Source of the DNA: Endomicrobiales bacterium
GTDB taxonomy: Bacteria; Elusimicrobiota; Endomicrobiia; Endomicrobiales; JALOBY01
Direction: 5' to 3'
DNA: 64,000 nucleotides
Assembly (NCBI GenBank): GCA_963796955.1
Contig: CAWCNJ010000004.1
Coordinates: forward strand, 128,001-192,000
The notes below the pieces were generated by a model. The model was not told where the DNA came from and did not search any database. It worked only from the letters and a program-made list of their open reading frames with translations. Below, piece by piece: positions 55,776 through 64,000 of the stretch (the first letter of the stretch is position 1; each line of letters opens with the position of its first letter). The position numbers were made by a program, and so were the translations under genes.

Positions 55776-58700
55776 ATGGCCGACGAAAAGTTACCAAAAG
55801 TTCCACCGTTACCGCCCGCAAGACCAGCCGGGAGCGGACCAACCCCGCCGAAGCCGCCTATGCCGGGGGCCGGTGCCAACCCGCCCGCGGTGAAACCGGC
55901 GTTGCCGGGTAAGCCCGCGATAAATCCGGCGGCGGCGCCGCGCCCTATGCCCGGGCAGGCGGCTCGTCCTCCTGTGAACACCCAAACCCAGCGAAACGTA
56001 ACGCCGGCCCAGCCGTCCACCGGCTATTCTGAGGTTGACGATGCCCGCAACGCGCTGGAAGGCCAGATAAACGAACTGCAAAAACAACTGCAGTCCGAAC
56101 GCGAGAAGCTGCTGCTGCAGACCGTGCGCGCAAAGAAGAAGAAGCGATGTCGGCCAAAGTTGAAGAATCGATCAAGGATATTCAGGAACGTGTCCGCCGG
56201 GAAAAACGCGATCAGGAATTGCAGGAATCGCTGGCGAAGGCCGAAGCGTACAATAAAGAGATGGAGGCGCGCCTTGCCGCCGAGCGCCAGACCTGGGTGG
56301 AGACCCTTAAAACGCAGATCGGCCAGAAAGATTCGCAGGAAAAAGAAGTGGAATACCAGTTCGAGCTGCGCATGAAGGAGCTGGAACGCCGCTGGCATGA
56401 GGAAAAACTCGCCTGGTCGCAGGCCATCAAAGCGAAAGACGAAGAGGTGATACGTCTGCACCGTGAAAAAGAGAGCGCGGTAGGCGAAGAGCGCGCAGCT
56501 TCCGAGAAACGGGTAACCGAACTTACCCGGGAACGCGAGTCCCTGCAGCGTGAGCTGATCGATGTACGCGATGTACGCCAGGAAGAGCGCAGCTCGCTTC
56601 TGGAAAAACTTGAGGGCCGCGATAAGGAGTTCATGGGCCTGAAGGCCCAGCAGGCGATGCTGGTGACCCAGGTGCGCGAAGCTAAAGACAAACAGGACCA
56701 GATGCGCCAGCTGCTGGAAAAATTCCGCGCTGAAAAAGAGAACCTGCATTCGCTGCTGGAAAATAAGGATAAAGAGTTCTACCTGTTCAAAACGCAGTTC
56801 GCCCTCTACCAGACCCGCTCAAAATCGGAGCAGGAAAAGCTGCTTAAGGAACTGGTATTGTTCAAAGATCAGATGGGCAAGGACGCGCAGCAATATTCCA
56901 GCGTCCTGCGCGCCAAAGAAGAAGAGATGAACCTGCTGCGTCGCGCTAACGAAGGCAGGGAAAGCGAGATCCGTAACCAGTTGGAAAAGAAAGAACAGGA
57001 AGTCGCCTCAACGGCGGCGCAATACGAGGCTCGCATAAAAACGCGCGAAGCCGAACTGCGTTACGAACTGGAACGCAAGGAAACGGAACTTAAAGGTCAG
57101 ATAGTCCATATTGAAGAACAGGTCAGAGCGCGCGTCGGTGAAATTGAGAACCTGAAAGAACGTCATACCGAGCAGCTGCGCGCCAGGGACGGCGATATAA
57201 AGAGCGCGGCGGAAAAACTGGCGGCTATGCAGGTGGAAGTTGCCGTTGCCAGACAAAATACACAGTCCGCCGAACAGCGTATGGCGCTTGCACAATCAGA
57301 GGCTGCCAGGCTCAAGGAGATCATAGAAGAAAAAGAAGTTGACGCGGCTTCCGCACAGGCACAGTTCACCGCCCGCCTTGAGCAGGCTGCTTCCGAAGTG
57401 CGTCAGGCGACCGAACGCGAACAGGCGCTGCGCCTTGAGCTGGCTGTCGCCCGGCAGAACATGCAGGTTTTTGAAACCCGCATAGCAGCGGCGCAGTCGG
57501 AAGTTGCCGGGCTTAAAGAAGTGATCGCGAGAAAAGACGCTGAAGCTTCTGAGCGCCAATCGGAGTTCAGCTCACGCCTGGAGCAGGCGGCATCGCAGCT
57601 GCGCTCCGTGCAGGAACGGGAGCAGACGCTGAAAGTAGAACTGGCTTCTGCGGCCGCCGTGCGCCATGATCTTGAAAAAGCGGTGGAGAGAGAACACGAG
57701 GAAGCGGAGCGCCAAAAAGCTCAGATCGTTGAAAATGAAAATCTTTACCGGAACGGCTTATCCCAGAAAGATACGGTCATCAGCGCCAAAGAACTTGAAC
57801 TTGCCGGCATGCGTGAAACAATAGCGGCTCTTCGTATGGAACTGGTTAAAAACGAAAGTATGCAGCGCGAGCTTACCGTGGCGAATGACCGTCTTGACGT
57901 GGCATTATCCCAGGCAAACGCGGCCTTAAGCGATCGCGATATGCGCCTCGCCAGGGCCGGCGACAGGGAGAAGGGCCTTGCTGATACTATCAACGAACAT
58001 GTCAATGAATTGTCCGCTGTCCGCGCAAGCCTTGCCGCGGTTGAAAATGAAGCGGCCGCGTTGCGCGGCGCGATAACCGAACGGGACGGCCGGATAAAGG
58101 AAGGCGACCGCAAGGAAGACGAACTGCGCGCTCAACTCCTTTCGAAAGAAGGTGAGATCAACACCCTGCGCGAGACGATGCAGCAGCGCGAGGCGATGCT
58201 GGTGACGGTGCAGACCCAGGCCGAACGCCGCGAGAACGACATGAAGATCGCCTTCGCCCAGCGTGATGCCGAACTGAACAACCGCTGCGCGGCCCTTGAG
58301 GCGACGCTGGTTGAGAAAGACCGTTTCCTCGCCGGTTCCGCCGAAAAAGAACGCGCCTTATCGAACGCCCTGGCGAAAGAAGAGGAAAAAGTTTCCGAGC
58401 AGCTGGAACACGTGAGGGAACTTGTTTCAAGAGAGAACGAGCTCAAGATGTCTCTTAACCAGAAAGAGAACGCGTATGCCGCTGAACGCGCCGCGATAGA
58501 ATCGCGCATAGCGGAGCGCGACCGCCAGCTTACCCAGCAGGCGCAGGCGTTTGAGGCTGAGCGCAGAAAATACGAAGAAGCCGTCTCACGGGCGGAACGT
58601 TCATTGCAGGAAGCTTCAGCGGCCGCTCAGCTGCAGCTTGCCTCCCGTGAAAAAGAGATCGAACGCCTTAACAGCGCGGTAGCGGCCGCCCAGCATGCGG

Positions 58701-59848
58701 TCAATGCCGCCAAACAGGAAAACGCCCTGCATGAGCAGGAATTGCAGCTGGGCGCAAAACAGCGCGAAGCCGCTCTGCTTATTGATATAACCAACGCCCG
58801 GGAAAAAGCTAAGAAGGCCGAGCAGGTCCTCAGCGATTCTCAGCGTCAGCACCAGCATCTGCTGCTGTCACAGGAACAGAACGCGATGCAGCGCGAGGCG
58901 GCGTTGAGCGCGGAAAAGAACGCGGCAAAAGAGCTTCTGGCCGGCCTGAAAGCCGATAACGATACCCTGCGGCGCGAAGGCGAAAAAATGCTCGCCGAAG
59001 TGAACGCCAGTCAGCATCGCATGAACGAGGTAAAGGAATTATACGAGCGGCAGCTGAGAGCCAAGGAAGAAGATCTGGCCCAAATTAAGGCGAACAGGCT
59101 GGCGTTCGAAGACTCTGTGCGCCACCAGATCAATGAAGAATACCGCCGGCATCTGGAAGGGGTGCAGAGGGAAAAGCAGGACGGCGAACGCGCCTTCATG
59201 AACCAGATACAGACCCTGAGGGACACCATGCGTACCGACCTGCTGCACGTGCAGGAAACCATGACCCGCGACCACTCGCAGCTGGAACGCCAGCTGCAGG
59301 AAAAAGAGGCCCGGCTGCACGAACTCCAGCAGGCTTTAAAAGACGAAGCATTACGCGAGCAGGAACAGAAAACCGCCCTGGACAAGAATGTTGAGAGGGT
59401 GCGGGAAGAATACAAGGCATTGCTTGCAGAAGAAACAAGAAAACATGAAATGGAGCGCGATGTAATAGCGCGCAATACCAAGCATATAGACGATGAGTGT
59501 TCTTCGCTGCGCCAGAGAGCAGAGGGGCTAGCCTTTCAATTAAAACAGGCGAATGATACCCTGCAGGGGAAAAATAAGGAAGTCATGACCCTTCAGGAAA
59601 ATCTTGACACCCTGACCATTCAAAACAGGAAGCAGGCACAGTATTCTTCTAACGATGCCGCCGCGAAAACGGCTAAATTCGGCCCGGAAGACACCGTTAT
59701 ACTTGAGCCGCATGTTCCCCAGCCGCAGATCCAGCAGCCGGCGCCAGCAAAGCAGCGTAAACCGCTGATAGGCCGTATCTGGGATAATTTGAACGAACCC
59801 GTCATAGAGATCGGCGGAGATAACATGAAGAAGAAAGACCATGAATAA
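55776..59848 (+). CDS. Long coiled-coil protein with Pro-rich N-terminus (one apparent frameshift at ~56131)
   Basis: GGGAGG RBS before ATG 55776; adding one base at CGCGC^AAAGAAGAAGAA joins ORF 55776..56375 to 56147..59848 as ...TVRAKEEEAMSAK... Confidence 0.82.
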
Positions 59849-60509
59849 CGAACTGCATAAGCTTAGAGAAAAATGGGAAGCGTCTTTCAGCGCTCTGGAA
59901 TGCACGGCGCGCGGTGCCGGCAGCAGCGATGCTTTCCGCAACAATGAATTCGCATTGCTGCGCGAGGAGGTGGGCGCGCTCAAGGCTGAACTGGTGGAAG
60001 CCAGGCGTGAGCGGGAAGCGTCCCGGTACGCGGACACCCGCGCGAGTGAGCTGGAAAACGCCATACGCCTGCAAACGCTGGACAACGAGAATAACAGGCG
60101 TGCTCTGGAAGAACTGTGCCGGAGCCGCGTTCAGGAAGAAAACCTTTCCGTCCAGGCGGCGGAAAAGGCGGCGAAAACGATCGCCGGTGAAAAAGAACGT
60201 GCCGAAAGCCTTGCCGAAGAATTGTTCTTTGCACGTGCCGAAAATGAGGCGTTACGGCAGCGTGTCGCGGCCGCCGATGCAGCCGCGTGCGATGCCCGCG
60301 CCGCAGCCGTGGAACGCGAGAAGTCATTTTCCGGCCTGCTTGAGCGGCTTAACCGCGCCGAATCAGAGTGTGAGCGCATCTCACAGAATTTTATCCAATA
60401 CCGGATGGAAATAATCACCCGCGGCAACAAAGAAGAACGCCATCGCCGCCATAGCGAGCCGGTCCTGGGTGAGAAGATCATATCCTGGCTGTCCAACAAA
60501 GAGCGTTAA
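59841..60509 (+). CDS. Short coiled-coil hypothetical protein
   Basis: 222-aa E/A/R-rich ORF overlapping the upstream stop; ends PVLGEKIISWLSNK. Confidence 0.75.
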   Translation: MNNELHKLREKWEASFSALECTARGAGSSDAFRNNEFALLREEVGALKAELVEARREREASRYADTRASELENAIRLQTLDNENNRRALEELCRSRVQEENLSVQAAEKAAKTIAGEKERAESLAEELFFARAENEALRQRVAAADAAACDARAAAVEREKSFSGLLERLNRAESECERISQNFIQYRMEIITRGNKEERHRRHSEPVLGEKIISWLSNKER

Positions 60510-60529
60510 GACATAATTAAAGGGGAAGT

Positions 60530-63500
60530 ATGGGTCGATCGAGTAACTATTTATTCATTGCCCTTATCTTGTTGCTGGCCGGCTTTGTCGTTGCGTGGGC
60601 TGCGCCCGCTCCCGTCGGCGACCTTGCCGCTTCGTCGGCAGGCTATCGCCATATTACCCTGACCTGGAGCACGCCGTACGATGCGGCGGCTTCCACCACG
60701 CCTGCGTATTACGATCTGCGCTGCTCGACCACGACCCCCATTATAACGGCCGCGGACTGGAATAACTGCCCCTCTTCTCCGGTCTACCCCTATAATATTG
60801 TTTTCACAACGCAGGGTGTTTCAGCCGGCAGCCCTGTCTCGTTTTCGGTGACCGGGCTTACGAACGGCCGCACCTATTTCTTCGCCATCAAGTCTTCCAC
60901 CGATAATATTTCCTGGTCGGCGCTTGATACGTCGAGCCCTGAACCCTTTAATACTCCCTTCAATACGGTACCCTACACCCTTCAATCATACGATTTCCCG
61001 GCTGCCCGTTCTGAGGTCTATACTTCAACCCCCACGTTGACGTGGCACAGCGATACGGTAACGCCGGGTTCCGACGACAGCGTCTGGGGTGATTCCATAG
61101 TTACCTATACCGTTGAATTATCAACAGATGTTTCATTTGGTTTCCATTCATCCGAAGATGTTTCCATACCTTCTTATACCACATATCCGCTTGCTGAAAA
61201 TACCACGTATTACTGGCGTGTGCGACCGCACGACAGCGAGGGGCTTCAATCTGCCGGTTTCCTTGATCAGACGGACCGCTGGTTCATGGTCAATGCGAAA
61301 AAAGACGCGCCAACTCCCTTCAACCTGCTATTGCCGGCGAACCTGGATATCATCAACAACAATACGCCGTCCCTGCAATGGTCGGCCTCTACCTGCGCCG
61401 ATCCCATGCCGGAAGGCATTGTCTCGTATACCGTCCAGTACAGCACCAGCCCTACCTTCAATATTGTGTGCACCACCACGGTCGCGGCCCTGGCGGGATC
61501 TCCCTACGCGGTGCCGTCGGCCTTGATCGAGAATGCGCACTATTTCTGGCGGGTATACGCGGTCTCCGGCTCCGGTGTTTCAACGATGTCATCTTCCACC
61601 GGCACCTTTTGGGTCAATGCCATACATACGGGGCCCGGCATATTCGCGCCTGCCGGACCGCCAAACGCGTCGATCGTGCGGCTTTCCACGCCAACTATTT
61701 CCTGGAGCCCTTCGGCCGACCCGGATCCCGGCTCAGCGGTCGTTTATAACGTCATATATTCTTCCACCGATATTACGTTGAGCATGGATTATCACGTCAT
61801 CTCAGGCATTGGCACTACCTGGTATGTTCTGCCGCCGCTGCAGGACGGTGTTGTTTACTGGTGGCAGGTGCAGTCTGATGACGGGGCCGGCGGCCAGTAT
61901 CAAAGCACAGAATGGTCATTTTCCGTGCATGCGGTTAATGCGCCACCAACGCCGTTCGATCTGCTCAGCGCTTCAGGAACGGTCGCGACACTTAAACCTG
62001 CATTTTCCTGGCAGGCCGCCACTGACCCCGAGGGCGACGCCTTCTCCTATACAGTGCAATACACGACGACTGATTTCTCCGCGGCGGTTTCCTCAGCCGG
62101 GTTGCATGTCGCTTCTTTTACGCCGGCCGTTAATCTTACGGAAAATGCACAATATCTGTGGCGTGTGATGTCCGTAGACAGTTTCGGCGCGCAGCGTATG
62201 TCGAACCAGACCTGGCCGTTGGCTATAAATGCCAACCCCGAGCCGCCGCTGCCGTTCTCGCTTGTTTCACCGGCTGATCAGGCCCAGATAAGTTATCTTG
62301 CTCCTACGCTTATCTGGCAGGCGACAACCGATCCGGACCCGGGCGATTCTATCGCCGGTTATACCGTCAGATATTCGACTGCTCCCGATCTGAGCAATGC
62401 GGTTTCCGTAGCAGGAATTTCTGTCACCTCCTATACCGTCACGCCGCCGCTCACCGCGAACACCACCTATTTCTGGAGCGTGCGTGCGGTTGCCACGCAG
62501 AGCGGCCAGACGGACGCAGCGGCGATCCGCAGTTTTTTCGCGGTGAACCAGCCGCCGCTGGCCTTCTCGCTGCTCGCTCCTTCGGGCATCATTGCCACAC
62601 GCACGCCCACGCTTAACTGGCAGGCCGCGCCGGATCCGGAAGGCGATGCCGTAACCTACACGGTCCGCTACGCAACGAATGCGGCATTTGCCGGCGCCGT
62701 GTCGGTGTCCGGTATAACGAACAATTATTACACGACCCCCGCGCTGATAGAAGACGCCAGCTATTACTGGAAAGTTGATGCCGTCGATGTATGGGGGCAT
62801 GTGCGTAACTCAACGAACGTTCTGCCGATCGCCATTAACAGCATTGATTCACCCCCGGCGGTATTCGTCTTGATCTCCCCACCTGACGGCACGGTATGCG
62901 GGGTACGCCCTGTATTTTCCTGGCAGGCCTCATCGGATACCGATCCGGGCGACAGAGTTTCCTATGAGTTATGGTACTCCACTTCGCCGGTCTTTGCCTT
63001 TAAAACGGTGGTAGCTTCTCTTCCGGGAACCTCGTACACAACCGTCCAAAGCCTTATACCCGGCACGACCGTATACTGGAAAGTCAGCGCCCTGGACAAC
63101 GCCGGCAACCGTACGATGACAACCGCCTGGCGGACGTACATCTCTCAGGCAGAGCCGCCGGAGACACCCGCAAATTTTACCGCCATGTCCTCGGCTGATG
63201 GTCGCACGATCACGCTTACCTGGCAGGCGCCGGGTGCGAACGCCGATGGCTCAGCGTTGACACCTCTTGATGGTTTCTGTATTTACCGCGCCTACGATCT
63301 TAACGGCGTGCTGGCCTCAGTAACGCCTCTTATTATCCCTGCTGGCATGACCTCGTATACCGAGCAAATAGCCGCCGGCCAGACCGTGTATTATCAAGTG
63401 AGCGCAAGGAATATCCTTGGCGGTGAAAGCACCCGGTCCCGCGCTGTTTCAGCCGGCGCGCAGGGAGAACTTTTAAGCTACACGAATGATTGCGATCTGA

Positions 63501-64000
63501 TACTTTCGTGCCCGCCAAATGTGGTCCCCTCGTCCTATTCAGTCACGGTAAGCCGCGACGGCGCACTGGAATTCGGGAACGTTTTGCGTCATTATTCCGT
63601 GCACGTCGCTGCCGGCGGCGTCGAGCTGAAAAAATATGTGTTTTCAAAGCCGCTTACCATCTCGCTTAAGACGGACACCGCGATCCAGTCGCCGGCCGCC
63701 CATGCCCCGGTGCAGGCGCAACTCACCACGGGTATTTTCTGGCATAACGGCGTTGAATGGATCTACCTTGGCGGTGAAAACGCTTCCGGCGATATCAGCG
63801 TCAGGGCAAGTTCCGCGGGGGAATATGAATTGCGCGCCGTATCACGTTCATCTGAATTCCACGTTCTCTCTCACTGGCCGGCGATAATTACGCCGAACGG
63901 GGACGCCATCAACGATGAGTTCAACATCACATTTGAAAACCCCATGTCGGACGCGGTCTCCGGCGAGATTTACGACCTCCGGGGCGCGCGTATCGCGGAA
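60530..64000 (+). CDS. Exported FN3-repeat protein with type-B-like (gliding motility-associated, TPNGD) CTD; 3' truncated
   Basis: Not in the ORF track because it has no stop in the window. AGGGG RBS; MGRSSNYLFIALILLLAGFVVAWA signal; FN3, 7 x PxFxW..DPD..YxWxV repeats, FN3; ends IITPNGDAINDEF...GEIYDLRGARIAE in the same frame. Confidence 0.87.
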   Translation, partial: MGRSSNYLFIALILLLAGFVVAWAAPAPVGDLAASSAGYRHITLTWSTPYDAAASTTPAYYDLRCSTTTPIITAADWNNCPSSPVYPYNIVFTTQGVSAGSPVSFSVTGLTNGRTYFFAIKSSTDNISWSALDTSSPEPFNTPFNTVPYTLQSYDFPAARSEVYTSTPTLTWHSDTVTPGSDDSVWGDSIVTYTVELSTDVSFGFHSSEDVSIPSYTTYPLAENTTYYWRVRPHDSEGLQSAGFLDQTDRWFMVNAKKDAPTPFNLLLPANLDIINNNTPSLQWSASTCADPMPEGIVSYTVQYSTSPTFNIVCTTTVAALAGSPYAVPSALIENAHYFWRVYAVSGSGVSTMSSSTGTFWVNAIHTGPGIFAPAGPPNASIVRLSTPTISWSPSADPDPGSAVVYNVIYSSTDITLSMDYHVISGIGTTWYVLPPLQDGVVYWWQVQSDDGAGGQYQSTEWSFSVHAVNAPPTPFDLLSASGTVATLKPAFSWQAATDPEGDAFSYTVQYTTTDFSAAVSSAGLHVASFTPAVNLTENAQYLWRVMSVDSFGAQRMSNQTWPLAINANPEPPLPFSLVSPADQAQISYLAPTLIWQATTDPDPGDSIAGYTVRYSTAPDLSNAVSVAGISVTSYTVTPPLTANTTYFWSVRAVATQSGQTDAAAIRSFFAVNQPPLAFSLLAPSGIIATRTPTLNWQAAPDPEGDAVTYTVRYATNAAFAGAVSVSGITNNYYTTPALIEDASYYWKVDAVDVWGHVRNSTNVLPIAINSIDSPPAVFVLISPPDGTVCGVRPVFSWQASSDTDPGDRVSYELWYSTSPVFAFKTVVASLPGTSYTTVQSLIPGTTVYWKVSALDNAGNRTMTTAWRTYISQAEPPETPANFTAMSSADGRTITLTWQAPGANADGSALTPLDGFCIYRAYDLNGVLASVTPLIIPAGMTSYTEQIAAGQTVYYQVSARNILGGESTRSRAVSAGAQGELLSYTNDCDLILSCPPNVVPSSYSVTVSRDGALEFGNVLRHYSVHVAAGGVELKKYVFSKPLTISLKTDTAIQSPAAHAPVQAQLTTGIFWHNGVEWIYLGGENASGDISVRASSAGEYELRAVSRSSEFHVLSHWPAIITPNGDAINDEFNITFENPMSDAVSGEIYDLRGARIAE

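Noticed and set aside
4550..56140. Programmed frameshifting or phase variation at the 13 frame breaks
   Set aside because: Sites share no slippery heptamer or long tract, shifts go in both directions, and one lies in an unrelated gene. Sequencing indels are the simpler explanation, though unconfirmed without reads.
50867..59848. SMC/Rad50 or phage tape-measure identity for the coiled coils
   Set aside because: No Walker A/B, hinge or signature motifs; no TM segments or tail operon context.
220..63887. Numerous short minus-strand and alternative-frame ORFs, including 47862..48989 and 50723..51568
   Set aside because: Shadows of long GC-rich + strand genes with no independent motifs.

Overview
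Bacterial (diderm-type; by gene content most like Elusimicrobiota, an inference) chromosomal window with every credible gene on the + strand and three blocks. (1) 1-39995: the 3' part of one giant gene (>13,300 codons here, 5' end outside the window), broken into 13 ORF pieces by 12 small indels that look like long-read errors. It encodes about 52 Ig-like modules with super-repeat order, 32 copies of an 'LQVLLPGET...QTAG...DxYWN...DPY' module, 8 DxNxDG-type modules, an FN3 domain and a T9SS/FlgD-Ig-like C-terminal sorting domain (CTD). (2) ~40200-46250: a lower-GC cassette with its own sigma70 promoter: CTD-only protein, PorV/PorQ-family barrel, GT-C glycosyltransferase-TPR, and a signal-peptide tail-fibre-like protein with a collar domain. 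(3) 46300-64000: an operon-like run behind two tandem c-di-GMP-I riboswitches, each with its own terminator; the second aptamer has a 43-nt two-hairpin insertion and heptamer repeats. The run encodes a second CTD-only protein, PorV-TPR, a single-chain FliF(RBM3)-TM-FliG(M+C)-TPR fusion, three coiled-coil proteins (one with an exact 24 x 61-aa period) and an FN3-repeat protein with a type-B-like CTD. The best candidate for an undescribed system is block 3: a flagellar-rotor-derived ring coupled to T9SS-like export, long filaments and surface adhesins, with no other flagellar genes in view. All calls are by eye; no database searches were run.
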